From contig JALMLS010000369.1 of NCBI GenBank assembly GCA_038496445.1, forward strand, positions 130,327 through 194,326: DNA of 64,000 nt, written 5' to 3'. Within the stretch, counting starts at the first letter, position 1, and each line of letters opens with the position of its first letter. The notes beneath the pieces are model-generated. The model saw only the letters and a program-made list of their open reading frames with translations, ran no database searches and was not told the DNA's origin. The translations under genes were made by a program, and so were the position numbers. This DNA comes from Trichosphaerium sp. ATCC 40318 (Eukaryota > Protista > Tubulinea). Positions 24,674 to 40,700 of the stretch are shown in pieces.

Positions 24674-26028
24674 ATGGACGGTAGTTCTCTTACAGAATCT
24701 GATAAGATTCTGCAGCTCAGTGGGATGTTTGAAAAGGTTTGGGCAAAAAAAGAGCGTTAGCGTTTGTTAACGCGTTTTTTAGATACCTCCAGATACAATA
24801 TATAACCAGTTGCAACGCTGTGGTGGAAATGTAACAAAAACAATAGATAAACTCCTCGCAGAGGAAGAAAAAACCTCTAAACCTAAAGGACGTAAAAAAC
24901 GTACGCCAAAGAAGCCAGTAACAAGAGCTTCTTCGGTACCACTACAGAATTCCACAAAAGTTGAGTCGCCGCAACCTTCATCCCTTGACAACATCTCTAT
25001 ACTCCAAGATAAGCTAGAAACAGTATACAGCAAGTCTTTTGATGTGATGGAAAAGAAGCTAAAGGAGCAAGCACAAGAAATACATGCTCTAAAGGCCGCT
25101 CTTAATAAACGAGACGAGACAATAAACAAACGAGATGAAGTTATAAACGTCTTAAATCGTAAACTTAGCGTACGTCAACTCCCAAGCAACAACAAACCAT
25201 CTACTCTACGCTTTTATGAAACGCCATCAAAAAAATCAAAAATTGTACCAAGGAGGTTGCCTTCTTCAGGTACAATTCTGATATAAGCCTACAATACCTC
25301 TAGAACCATTTTCAAGCATTGTCATTAAAAATAGACTGCCTTGATACTTTTTGTAGACTTCCGTCTGATCTTAAAATCTCGTGAGATTTTTTTTCTCGTG
25401 AACTTTCGTTTTCTTTTCTTCTCTTCTTTCCCTTCTGACTTTTTTTATCATTTTAGGAAGCCAATAATATTCCTCCTCTTGATGTTGAGTCTCTAGCGTC
25501 GAGCAATACAGCCGATATTCACAGTCTTATAAACGATGCTCTTCTACTTTCCTCCTCTACGTTCCCGTAAGCTTTAAAACATTGAAAAAGCCTTGTTAAC
25601 TCTCTGTTGTAGGCGAGGCGGACAGCGTGAAGCATGCGATTTATTCTCTGCTCAACTTAAGCTTAATCTTGCTTTATCCTTCTTGGGTGATTACGCGCGT
25701 ACAATTGATGATGTACAAGTAAAGGTGAGAAAAGAATTCCTTCGAACATTCATAGAAAATCTCAAAATCAGAGAACAAAACTCGTGAACGCGTAGAGGTT
25801 TTTTTTTGCTGTTTTTCACAGTGTTGAAGTGGCTTGTTGTCGTTGACATTTCTGACTTTTTTTTTTAAGGCTCTATTTCAAAGAACTATTGTATGGTTAA
25901 GGACTCAAGTGCGGGACTCTTCTTCCCCTATCAATACAGTTGATGAGAAAATGGGGGTATTCAATACAAGCGAACCTGTACTTGTTGGTGGTCAGCTTGG
26001 ATTGGAAAATGTAAATAAAGAAATGTAA
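24674..26028 (+). CDS. CUE-domain-like coiled-coil protein
   Basis: N-terminal DKILQLSGMFEK-IPPDTIYNQLQRCGGNVTKTIDKLL fits a CUE/UBA pattern, followed by a coiled coil. Confidence 0.55.
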
Positions 26029-26288
26029 GGGTTTAAGTTCACAAAATGAGCAAAAACTAGTCTCCCACTGGGAGTTACTTAGAAATAAAAACGTTTGTAC
26101 AAAGCACACTTGTTTTTCTGTAGATAATGCCGACGTTATATCATAAATCCCTGTCCTAGCTAGGTCTGTTACAAAAAAAGATACAACGTGTTCACTGACT
26201 TGGATCTTTTTATTTCTGGTTTTGAATTTTTTTTCTTTGCGTTATGTACAAAAGGTTGGTAGGTTTTTTATTACGTTGATTGTTTATA

Positions 26289-28900
26289 TTACACGTTGTT
26301 TGTTCTTTGTCTACGATAACTCACCTCAACCGCTGGTAACCTACCAAAACAAATTAATCTAAATACAAGTGATTGTTACATACGTAGATCTACATATAGG
26401 GCATTCCATCTTATAGTTAAGCCAAGTTGATAGGCACTCTTCATGATACAAGTGATCACAAGGCGTAATCTGAAAACAAGTAAGAATAGTGACAGGTGTT
26501 CTCTTAAGCGTACCATGTAAGCTTGTCTGTGTGGTTCTATTTCTTGGTGGCATATGGAACATGGTTGTGACTCACTAGTTGAACGGAAGTAGTTGTACTT
26601 TACTGGTAAAAACTAAACATAGTTAGAAGGTTTCCTTTGGTTTACTTTGGCGGTAAACATCGCACTTTGCTTGGAATAAAGAATCTCGCTCCAAATTGGT
26701 CTTGCAGCAGTAGCACAGCAGCTTGTAGAAACATAAAACTACCAAAGAATACACAAAGCCATAAGTTTGCTTCTGCATGTACAAAGTTGGATGGACAACC
26801 ATAAAAGTCTGGCGCAGAGGTTAGTAGACATAGGAGAGCACAAAAAACTAAAAAGATATTTCTCCCAGTGAGACTTGAACTCACAACCCCCTGCTCATAA
26901 GACAGATGCTCTAACCAATTGAGCTATGGGAGATTTTTCGTGGTAAATTAAGGATTCTGCAAGTTTCGGCGGAAAATGGCCTAACTGAGCGAGCAAGGGC
27001 TACAGCGAGTTGCGTACATAGAAGCACAAACGATCTTGTAATGCTTACGGTGATAACATACGCACTAGGCTAGCCATTAGCAAAAAAAAATAACATCACT
27101 TTGACTTACGGTTGTAGGGAGTGTGTAGTATCTTTAACTGCGTTTCTGAATATCTGAGGTACCCAAAAAGAGCACATAACGAATAAAAACACGTTAAACA
27201 GAACATTCATGTAATAGAACAAGAAAAATCCCAACAAAAAGAATCCATCTACAAAAAACGGTTAACGGACATACAAAACCGCATTTTACGTACAAAATCT
27301 GGCGTAAATCATTGATAAATCTCGGCGCACAGAGTTCCATCCAGTGAAGGCTTGCGGTCTAACAAACAAGTTTAGTTTCTTTAATAGATTGGAAATAACA
27401 AAGGTGTACCGCTGTGCACGCCATATGATGAGCAAGAAACGCATTTCAAAAATCGCAAAAGTAACAAACTTAAAAAAAGCAATTGTAGCGAATACATTGA
27501 ATACTTTATCTGTAAATTAATGTAAGCATTGTGTGGCAGTAGAAAAAAAGCCATTGTAGTAAGTACCAGCAATGATACCAGCTGTCAAGTGAATCAAGCA
27601 AAGGTACGAATCCAATATTGCTTGTTGTCCTATAGTCAAAAGTGAAATCTTTGCAGCAGCCTAAAATAAATGACACGTGAGTTGTCAAGCTTGAGACTTT
27701 TTTCTTTATCGTACTGTTTGTGTTTTTGTATTTTTCATTTGTTGGATCAAGGAGTATACAAGAATAGCTGATGTTATAATAACAAAGAACCCATAGCGTA
27801 TACTCTTGTAATAATATACTTCCATCAATACTGACTTTGCACTGACGTTCAAGACAATACCACAATTGGGGCTTACAAAAATACCGTCCATTTCAAGAAA
27901 TGGATCATCGACAGTGAAATCTATTTGGCACTTCGTCAGAAATTTGACTTTTTTTTTCTTTTTTTTTTTGGGTTGTAGAAAAACTTACCTCCATTGTCTC
28001 GTAAACGTATGTCTGGTTGAGGCGGATCATCGTGGTAGTGTAGATACATCTTCCAGTAGCAATCCTTGATAGTATTTGCACTATTCGTCGTATTTTTGAA
28101 CGACATTTTCTCAACGTACAAAAATTTCTGAACAGCATTAAAAAAATCTGTCCATAAAAAAATAGACAATAAATAAGTACCTCACGAAGAGCTAGATCTG
28201 TCAGGGACGTATTACTATCAATATCAAACGTAAAATCGTGAACAACAGCGTGACTACGTGGACAGTAAATGTCAAAAAAATGACACGTCGAAAAAAAAAA
28301 TATCATTTCATTTCTTCATTTTGTTTATTCGTATTCATACGTACTTGACGGGATTAGCTATAAGCATAAGTGTTCCTACTTTACTAAAGTAAACACCTTC
28401 GACATCATACTTCTCATTAGGGTCAGTGCTGAAGTAACCATTTCGTAAGGTTATCTCGCCCTATGCAATAGATTTTTGAGTATTTTTTTTTGTAAAGCAT
28501 TTTTGGGGTTTGTGAATACCTCAACGAGTTTTGCAACGTCAGATTCAGTGTCTGACATTGACAACTGTAGAATAAAGCCACCGTTGTCTCTTGTGAATCC
28601 CAAGACATTTTCAACGTTTTGGGTATCATTTACAGCCCAAGTACCTGTAAATGATGTTGGCAACAGTCTTATATGCAAAGAACGCGCTAATAGTACCATT
28701 GAAAAAGTCTGTAACGTTAGAGGGCGGAATTGGATTTTCTCTTCCTAATAGCCGAGAAATGGAGTACGACGCATCAAACTATCCATTAATAAGCTTAGTA
28801 TTTAAATTGTAGAATAAACATTACAATGTACCTGTATCGCAATAACGCTTGTTGTAAGTAATCCTATCGATACTATGAATATCAAAGGCAACAGGGACAT
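26289..28900 (-). CDS. Transmembrane RING-H2 E3 ligase (Tul1/Dsc1/FLY family)
   Basis: Signal peptide, lumenal domain, multiple TMs, FWVPQIFRN, LYFYGCPSNF, LLQDQFGARFFIP, and CSIC..ITPCDHLYHEECLSTWLNYKMECPICR. Confidence 0.88.
26860..26933 (-). tRNA. tRNA-Ile(UAU), intronless, inside an intron of the RING E3 gene
   Basis: TCTCCCA..TGGGAGA acceptor stem, GCTC/GAGC D-stem, loop CT-TAT-GA, GTTCAAGT T-loop and downstream T-runs (Pol III terminator). Confidence 0.92.
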
Positions 28901-28989
28901 GCATGGCAATTTGTACAAACGAAACACAAGACCAAAACAAAAGTCAAACGAAATCTTACTTTTTTTTTGTGTTTTTACAGCCTGCTTAT

Positions 28990-31900
28990 TTACATTACCA
29001 GCTGGTCGATATTTAACCTACCAGATACCTCCAAAGAGCGTCTTCTGATTTGTTTAGTGCGTTCTCCAATAACCTCCGTCATTGACATTACGAATAATTT
29101 TCTGTCATCTGCACCGTCCATTACAAGCTTTAAAGTACTAGTGCCTTCATTATCATTGTAGAGGACTTGTATCAACGAGGGATCTACAAAAAAAGGAAAT
29201 TATTAATAAATCGTCTCAAACCGCGTTGGCGTAGCTTGCTAGACGTACTTGCGGTAGATGGTATAACTCTTACAAGCTTACTACCAATGATAGATAAGTT
29301 GACCTTAAACTGTTTCTTCTTTTTTTCTGTAAGAAGAAACAGGTCGTCGAAAAGAAAGTATTGTAACTTTATGTTACTTCCTGTAGATGACTTTCTCTTT
29401 GCCATACCACGTCCAATCAAAACACCCTAAATGAATAAGAAATAGCTCTTACAAGGCACATGAGTGTTAACACCAATGAAACTTACCTCAGCAAGTAACC
29501 GTCGTTTGTTGTTGGACGGAAGCTAAAAAAAACCGTTAATCATTTATTTCTTACAAAACAAGAATGTACCTTTTTATACCCTACAATTGTCTTTGCTATC
29601 TGAGGTACTATATCCTCCTGTTCCTGTTTTCTTTTGGTCTCGTTTAAATCAGCAGTTAGATTTTCTAGTCGCCGCTGTACCATCCTACAATGCAACAAAT
29701 TAGAATCGTTCTGTGTAAAACTTCAAATAGTACTCTAATATATGTGCATCTTCGTGTGTCACATGAGTGTATTTTTTGAGTTCTTTGAGGAGTAAGATAT
29801 ACCGTGGTATTCCTTTGCTAGAGTAAGATACGACAAGTGTTTAAATAATTCCATACGCTGTATAGGTTGTATAATGATATCGAACAAATCGCAATAATGC
29901 ATTCTTGGATTTTTGTACAAGTCCTATTTTATCGGGTAAATTGAAATGTATCTTCCACTTTTGGTGAACTTTTAGATACCTCTAGAAAGTGTTTGAACTT
30001 TGAATTGTTTTTCTTGTGTTCCAGAAATGAAGATATAGCACTACACGATGATAAGCTTCCATTTCAGAAAAAAAAAAAAAAGTACCTGTCGTAGTTGTTG
30101 ATGTATGATTGGTATGCAGGCAGCAATTGGATCTAACGTACTATTAATACATTAGAAAGTAGATGTGATACGTACTAGGTCAAGAAATAAATCTCCAAGT
30201 ACAGTTTGACGCGTCCAATCTGCCATTCGTTTTTTAAGTTTGTCATAAAAGAATGCATTTATTTTTTGGATAACTTCCAAACTATAAAAGACTACAACAC
30301 ACATCAACAAAAAAATAACTGTATAAAACAGAATGAATAGGCGCACTATTTCTAATAGATTCTCGATCCAAGATAGGATGCTTACTGAACAAAGCCCGTT
30401 TAAGAGGTTGAACAGCATACTAAAAAAAAACTATTAAATACAACGACTCGAAACTTGAATATAGGCGTACTTTTATAGCAACCTCCAAATTTTGTACATA
30501 AGTTTTCTCTAAACGAGCAAAGTCAATACAAAAAAACCAAAGCAGTGCACAACTAAGAAAACCTTTTTTTCATACCTGTTTCCATAATCTCCATAGCAAT
30601 CTTCAAACGACGTGTTTCCATAAACTGTGGTGTACAAGGTAATTTTTTACTAGTAGCACCAGCAGAAATACTCCGTGCTCTAGAGTACCCGTCCGTGTGA
30701 ATGCTTGTTACAGCACGTACATCAACGCTGATAGGAGAAATCTGCGGCCTTCTATTACATTGAGCAATGGACAATGATCTCATAGATCGCCTGCTGCTGG
30801 ATACACCAGAACGTGGTGCGTTCAAGCTTCGAGTCTCTGATTGATCATAGTCAATACTAACCAACGCTTGTTCGACCCAATCAGCAACTTCAGGTACCAA
30901 GCAAGTCATACTTGCTTTTCTTGATTTTGGTGTTAGTGGTCTTGGCGGACTCAAAATCGACATGGTATCGGATTTCTAAGAAAGGAAAAAAAGTGGTTAA
31001 CAAAAAAAAACAGTAACAAATAACGGAAAGAAGTAATTGACTTACAGAATCTGCAGCACGTTCCCTCTGTGCTATGACATCATGCATAGCTACTAACTCA
31101 GGAATAGAGTTCCTTGATCCTTGTTTAATCGCTGCAATATTATCTGCAAACACCACAGATCGCCTACGGCCTCTGACAGTATCATTTTTTTTAGACGATT
31201 CTTCAGCCTCCATTACTTTTTGTAATGACACTACATAAGATCTTATCTCTTTATCATCCTGAAAGTCATTCATAAGTGGCTGTAACGTTTTACCAGATCT
31301 AAAAAAAGAGTTATTCTCAACTTAATCAACATTGTATGCCGTACATAGTCTTTCTAGCCATTTTTCGTTTCTCATGCTTCGAAAATATCTTTATACTCTT
31401 AGACCTCCGTCTAGGTGGAGTAGTCGCTGTATTTGGAGCACTTCTAGATCGTGACACCTTATCTGATTTTATTTCAGTTCGTATCTGAGGTCTAGGTTGA
31501 GGGTTCACTACGCATGGAGGTCAGAATATAATCACAATCAACCAAATAATCTACGTACTTTTTTTCGACAATCTTCTTATTCCTTTTGTGTCGGTTTGTG
31601 ATTTAAGAAGGAATCCGAGATAGACACGCATTGCGCAATCGTCAGGGTTACTTACAACATCGTCTGCACACAGTATTTTTGGTACACGTAGCTCTTCATA
31701 GGCGGCAGTTAGTGCGCGATCAATGTCATTATGAGCATTTCCTACAACGATATTAGTTTTCGGTTTAATACCTTGAATGACCTGTCAGAGACTCCATTGG
31801 ACATATTCCCGGCTTTATGCTGTCCACGAGAGCTGTGAGAGCTGTAGCGTCCGCCCATCTTCAGAAAAATGTAAGTAAACGCGCTTTTGTTGATTAGCAG

Positions 31901-32626
31901 TAGTACGAGGAGTGTGCGCGTGGGGTTAGGACGTGATAGGTTTTTATCTGCTTTGAGACCCATTCGAACTCTCTATTCAAGTGATAGTGGTTTATTAATG
32001 CCCTATGCGTGTTAAGAGTCAAAAAAGACAAAAAAAACCGTTAGTACCACAAGAAGTTTAAAATAATAGGTGTGTCGCCGTGTACAATATCTGCGGGTTC
32101 GCCTACACGATTTTAGGCGTCATTTTAGATTATTAGTAGCAGAAAGGCTGTAACGTACAAGAATACAACTGTAGTCCTTCAGCTGCTATGAAGTCGAACA
32201 CCTGTTTACTAAGTTAGAAAAAATAACTGCCAGTGGAACGTCGAAAATATGTGTCTACGTAAAACCCTTCTACTCGTAGTTGACGCACCTTGCTCATGTT
32301 ATCCAGAAAATCTTCTACTGTTCTTGGCGCTTTGTTGTGTTCTATCAGCGGTTTTTTAGACAGGACCTTTGTTTTTGCGTTAGACAACGATATGTGAATT
32401 CTAAAACGCTACCTGTATTAACCGTATGAGCAAAAGGCCATTTGAGAGGTCTGCTTCTAAATTATGAATATGTAACTTTGCGTCCTTTAAATGCACATTG
32501 CACCAACCGGTAAACACCTTATTGGAGTTAAAACAAGGAGTTTTACGATTGAATCAAAAAAGGTAAAATTGGTACCCTCTTTCGCGTAGCTGCATCAATT
32601 TTAGGTGAATTAGGGCGAATAGACAT
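28990..32626 (-). CDS. CH-DH-PH Rho guanine nucleotide exchange factor
   Basis: CH: VFTGWCNVHLK..NLEADLSNGLLLIRLIQVLS. DH: EIMETERTYVQNL, IQPIQRIPRYILLLKEL. PH: YFLFDDLFLLT. Confidence 0.85.
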
Positions 32627-33141
32627 CGCCACTACCTTGGGTTGTTGCAAGTTAGGTAAGTTTCCTTTTAAGGCTCAATTTAGACTCAGTTGACCGAAAC
32701 GACACCTATTTTAGGATACAACATATGTGGCTTTCTCAATTCGTAAAAAAGATGGCTGGGGTATACATAAGTTTGAAAGCGCGTTTTGTAATTATTTGCA
32801 ATCGATAAACAATGCCGGTTCGTTTATCAGCGTTAAGACAAGTACTGGTAAGGCGATAAATACTTGGCATGTAGTTTTAACAACAAATGACGTTTCATAG
32901 CGTTTTTATTGAGTTTATTCGAATGGTTGTCACTTCCACCCACAACTATGCCCTTGAGGTATAGCTACAAATAGGATACTGCACTATAAGTTCTTGTTAC
33001 TGAAAAAAAAAAGGCGTCACTAAACATTTATCCAATTGTCTACGCAAACCAGGCCACGTAGTTATAACTACTGAAATATTTATTAAATACACTACATCTA
33101 TAGCCTTTGGGAATTCTGCGGGCTTGAACAATTAAAAATGT

Positions 33142-33759
33142 TTATCTACAATGTCCTAATGAACCGCGTGCTGGAATTGCCATTGGCCTTGACGAAACGT
33201 GAGGTGAAAACAAAGCTCGTGCTTTGTTCCCGCGAACTTGAGTGTCGTCGGATGATTCTACAATGCGATACGTAGGCGTCTTGGCTGCTTTTGGGAACAT
33301 GTTAAAGCATATATGAACACCTGAAAGCGAGTAAGAAAAATGTCAAGTGGAATTTGTAGTTTTTGAGTGGCTATACGCGCCAAAGGTAGTTTCAGAGTAG
33401 AAAAGTATTCAAGAGTAAGCTATGTTCTGAAAAAAGTTTTAAGAGCGTCCGCTCGCTCGCTGGTTGTTTGAATACCCCAAAACGTAGTTTTTACGCGTAC
33501 GCGCGGGTTTTACGCTGCGGAAAATCTTATTTTGGCGCTCAGTAAAAAAAAGCGTACAGTGAGCAATTCTAGCGGTGCATTCGTGCCATTTACTGCTAAC
33601 AAGCGAGCACGCTATCCACGTAGATGCGTAATCCGTATCGCTTACTTGTTTAGCGGATGACAACACTCTGCATAATAAACGTGAGGTAAGCTTGTTAACA
33701 GGCCCTGGGGTATGCTCGAGGAAGAGGTGGAATTCAAGCTGTTTTCTTGGGGAACTCAT
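33142..33759 (-). CDS. Small hypothetical protein, possible F-box-like N-terminus
   Basis: VNKLTSRLLCRVLS...ACSLVSSKWHE is a weak F-box pattern. A downstream exon ends GHCR*. Confidence 0.35.
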
Positions 33760-33834
33760 GGCGTAGTGGTGTATACTGTAAGTATGTAGCGTGAAAGGGA
33801 AACGTGATCCTGTTGATGCGATAGTGGGGTGATG

Positions 33835-35476
33835 TTAGTAAATTAAAACCCAAACTGGGAAGGTGATGACTTCAACAGCCAATCCGGACTTTAAAATATT
33901 GAGAGCAGATTTGTCGAGAATAGTTTGGTTTTTAATTGTAAGTTTAATAGTAACCTAGCAAGTTAGCAACATCCTCGCGAATGTGTAATACTTGAATGGT
34001 TGGCCTTCCTGAGAACCTAGCCATGAACGATCCTTGTACTGGTTGCATATCAGTTACAGTTACACTGCCTGAACAGCGCCATAGTATTGTTGCTTTTTGA
34101 TACATACTATTCCCTTCACAATTTACGGAAATTGTAGCAGATTGCGCCTTCCCTACTCCTGGCCAAAAAGGAAACTTTGCATAATGAGAGCGAAATATTG
34201 TCTCTGATACTGCTGTTCTCGCTCCTTCTAAGCGTTGATCACTTCGAAATGTGTTAGTATCCTCAATTTTAAAGGAAAATCTTACTCGTTGATCTTGTTC
34301 AAGTACTCAGAGATTGCAGAACCATAGTCCTGCCACGTTTTAACATTGCCTTGGCCATTTACTTTGAGAGACACTTTGGTCGTAATTTCGAACGCTTGCA
34401 CGGCACCAGTTTTCTGGTACTTCTTGAGCGCGTTTTGGGCAGTTGTTATTGCAGTAGATGCTTTTTGGTTTTTGTTTGTTCGTGAAACCTCATCGTTCAT
34501 TCGCTTCATAACTTTCTTTAGAGCTAATTTATCTGCCCGAGTGTATTTGAACACCAAGTTATTATATGGGTTTGCTACATCCAATATCAACGGTCTAAGG
34601 AGGTTAATACACAACAGCGAAAGAAGTGAGAAAAATAGAGTCTTTTAAAAAATCACGTGGCGTACTTTTTGGACTTTAATGTTTTGGGAATATACTTTCT
34701 ATAATTGCCATCCTTGTTCAAGATAATGTGAATGTTTTCAAAGTCTTCAACTGCCTCCAATGCGAGGTATGCTAATGATTGAATATCTTTCGGATTATAT
34801 TTCTCGTTCACGTGCAAAGTAATAAGCTCTAAAATATAAGCTCTAGGATTTCCTTTGTTATTATGTTCCTCGCGCTTTTTTTTTACTTTTCGGATGAATT
34901 CGCGGACGTGTGGTTTGCTGTTTCTCAATGCATCCCTCATGAACTGAACTGCTTTCTTAGCAAAGTGCGATGAGAACACATGCTTCCTACGCCAAGAAAA
35001 CTGTTGTATCTCTTTCCAGACTAGAGGCCAATAGCTGTTACCATATTTTTGTACTAAACAAAAACAATGTTAGATACGCTTTAGCCACCACAAAAGTTAC
35101 CTTCGTGCGCTGCTGTGGGTAGCAAGTCAATTTTAACAGTTGTGCTGCCTCTAGTAGCTTCGAATTGAACAGCGTATGGAGTACAATGTAAATTACGTAT
35201 GTTGAGATGACCCAAGTGCGTTTGTAGTACATTGGCTACCTTTTCGACAAGTTTTTTCATTAAAATCTCTGAGAGACTTTGTCTCTTTGTTTTGCTTAAA
35301 TACAATACTAGATCATAGTCTGAGGATTCAATATCTGTTTTTTTACCTTTTGAACCCGCCTTTAATAAATCAGTAGCTATAACTCTTCATTTACTTACTT
35401 TAAACAGTTCCATAACTGAAAAGTGATGGCGGAGACCTTGACCAAGCTCGTGTATTATACTCCCTGCAGACGTCAT
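33835..35476 (-). CDS. 2'-5' oligoadenylate synthetase (OAS)-like nucleotidyltransferase with additional C-terminal domain
   Basis: Spliced ELFKAGSKGKKTDIESSDYDLVLYL, VKIDLLP, FSSHFAKKAVQF, FIRKVK, AYILELITLH and PLILDVANPYNNL are collinear with the OAS1 motifs GGS..SDADLV, FDVLP, LIRLVK, YALELL and PVILDPADPTGN. Confidence 0.85.
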
Positions 35477-35603
35477 GTGGTTTTATAACTGATGTTGGTA
35501 GTAAAAAGATACGACGAAAAAATCAGTGTAAAGAAGTTTGTCAAATTAGGTCAAAATGAAATGTGATGATATTTTCCGTGGTCTTTTTCATTTTATGGGA
35601 AAC

Positions 35604-37425
<1,822 letters not shown>

Positions 37426-37740
37426 TAAAGAAACTAGAGGTGTACTTATTGAATACATCACTTCCTTTGCTGTTATAAAACAGTGTACGCCGGTAAATAA
37501 GATTTTGAATAAAATACGCGTTAGTGTCAATCTTTACTCAGGAGTTACAAATAACCCTATCTTAATCTCGTCCTATCACAAAAACACATGTGACTTAATT
37601 TCAAGCTAAGCTGCGTACTCATACAACCCGAACTTCTTCGGAGAAGCAAACGCGAGTGTCACGTGACTCGTGATTATTTCTACAAGGGATTTAGTATCTA
37701 AGGTTAATTTGATTAAAAATCGTTTAATTTGAAAATTACT

Positions 37741-40700
37741 ATGCATGCTGTAGGCACGTGTTTATTTTATTAATATATTGGCGGACTTTAACTAGGTTAG
37801 TTAAATCAGGAAATCTGTTGCTATTAGTCTTTGCGAATCTTTTTGTTGTAGCATACTCGGCTGCTACACAGTTTGAGAGAGCAGGAGAGGCTGTTATGTA
37901 TGGAAACAGTTCAAGAATTGTAAGTTCAAGAGCGTAACCCAAACAGAAGCCTAATGTATCTACAGCCTGCGCAGTTTGGCTTTTTTGGAGCTACCTCAAG
38001 TACAGCTGACACTGTTCCTATATTTGTTCGTGCCTATTTCAGTAGGCAACAAGGTGTAAAGCACTTTTTGGATAGCTGGACCTCGTCTTCGGCAAGTAGT
38101 TTACCAAATTCAGTTTTAATCATTCGTAGAATGCGATAGAACAGCATACAGCCTGTGAAAGTGAGTGTCTCACACGCGTGAAACCTGGTGTAATATTAAC
38201 GGAGAGCCCGTTCAATACGGGAGGATGGTCTATTAAAGAAGAAACACATGGTGTGCTTATCAAACATCGAGGAACATCATTCGAAATGTTAAACACGTAC
38301 TAAAGTGATTGTTTTTTAGTTGCCTATGCTTACCAATAAAAGCACTCGATTTCGAAGACCACCTCACCCTGGCTTGTTTGGCACCTTTTTCGATGTTATA
38401 GAAATATACGTTATTGAAGGGACGCTTGCTATTGCCAGGTAAGCGAAATTACAGTTACTTATGGATTGTTGATCACTGTTCAAAGGCTTGTATTCTCTGA
38501 TGGTATAATTATTGATATGATTCAAGTGGAAGATTCGTTTGATATGCCGACAGTAGCTAATTGTAGTGGTGCTCTTTGCGTTGATACAACCGATTTAATG
38601 TTTGGTAAGTTAATGTTCCTATTATGAGGTGCATTTACGCTTTGTAGTTGTTGATGCTTCTCAAAATGTGTTGAGTGATGAAAATTGTGAGGAAAGAGGT
38701 AAACGCGGAAAAGTTATTGTATTAACTCAAATTCAAGGATCAATGTGTACTCAAGGGCCTGGTGGATATGGTTCTTTCAATAGAGCATCATACGAAGAGT
38801 GTTGCACACACTTAAACTGGGACTTGTACTTTCAATTTATGATTGATGTGATCACTCCACTCAAACTTGGAGAGTATGGATATCGTACTGGTATCACGTT
38901 GTATCGAGATACAGCTCAAGTTGTATTGCCTTTGGGGAGTCACTCCAAATCTTACTTTCTCGAGCAACTCAACAATACTCGATCGGTAAACTTAGTAGGC
39001 GGATGCCACAATGTCACAACCGGTAAGCATGATTCCCAACTTATAAGTATTTTTGTGTAATGTTAAATGTTGTCAAGGCCTTTCGGTTGCACGTGATCAT
39101 TTCGATAGCCACGGAAGAAATGGACGAAATAAAAAAGTGATGATTGTCAATCAATACCATGGTTCCAAATGTGCTGGTTTTGATTCAAATGACAATATCA
39201 CAAACACTCTCGAATCTGAGGTATCAAAGCAACATAATTTATATGGTATTGAGAAAATATAGGGATTTACAATTCACTCAATTTCAATCGGATCAACAGA
39301 CTCCAATCTTCTACCACTTCCAAATACCGTCAATATCACAAACGCCATATTTCTGTCATCACGTGTTTTACCAATTATTTCACCTCAAATATGTAAACGT
39401 GAGTAGAAAGAAAGCGCTTCTTTGTCACTTCTTCATTTTAATACTCTCCATAGAAGTACGAAGTTTGTGCGGCTCAACATGCAAAGCAGAATGTACATGC
39501 AAACAAGAATGTACATGTCAGAATGCCGGATGCGATGACGCAAATATATGTACAGCAAACAAATGCCGAAGTCCAGACGAAGGATGTCATTATCCTCAAA
39601 ATGATATCTTCCCAAACCTTGATGGGCCAAACATACAATGTACACTTTTAGTTTGTTGTAGTGTTTGACAATTTGTTTAGGTGGCTCACATTCTTTTTGT
39701 AATCCAGATTTTTCATTATTTTTTGTACCACTTAAGGACTGTCAAAGTCGTATGCATTTAACCCCGTACTTTGTTAGCTGCTAATTTTTTTAAAAGCACC
39801 AAACGAATGTTTTTATAGCCTTCCATTTGAGTGCAGTGACTCTATAGCAATCCCATGTGACAGTCCTTGTCCTTCTGGCGATATATGTAACCTATCGTAC
39901 TGTGATATATCAACTGGAACCTGCGTTACTGAAAAAAGAGTTCCTGGATCACCTGCATTTGTTTGTGAAGAAGGAGGATCACATACATTGGATTATTGTG
40001 ACACAAACACTACCAACGAGTTTCCTGTTTCTAATAAGTTTCCAGGGTGTAAAACTGTGAATCTGTCAGATGTACGCTAATGTACTTTATATCTTCACAA
40101 ACCATAACTCTAGATATGCCAAGAACAAACACCACCATGTATGATATACAACCCAAACATAACAAGTTGGCACTTGGCTCCATTTCAAATTCCAGAAGCT
40201 CCAAATCAAACATTCTACAATCCAGAATGCATCTACGAACCTGATCCAAATTGTTTCAGTGATATACTCCCTCTCGCACCCACAACAATACCTCCCACAA
40301 CCTCATCACCTACAACTACTCCACCGACAACACTACCTCCGACAACAAGTGCACCACCGACTTCAGCAACTATTGCAACAACTATCCCTTCATCTGGCGC
40401 TGAGTCCTCGGGGTCGTCAGTTGTTGGTACGACAAGGCATCTGATGATTAAAATCTAATTAGATGTAGTGATAGTAGTTGCGTGCGTTGTAGTTTTTCTA
40501 CTACTGTTTGTTGTTGTTGGCCTTTTCATTTGTAACTACCATGTTCGTGGAAAACGTAAAGGCCAACCACAAGTGACAAGTATGACATCTGCTTCCTTGA
40601 AAGCAGGAGAGGATGCTCAAGTGTCACCTTATGGTTTTCTACCGGAACGGCTTTCAACTGTAGACGTTAATCTAAAATCTGTGAATATTAACTACGAGGA

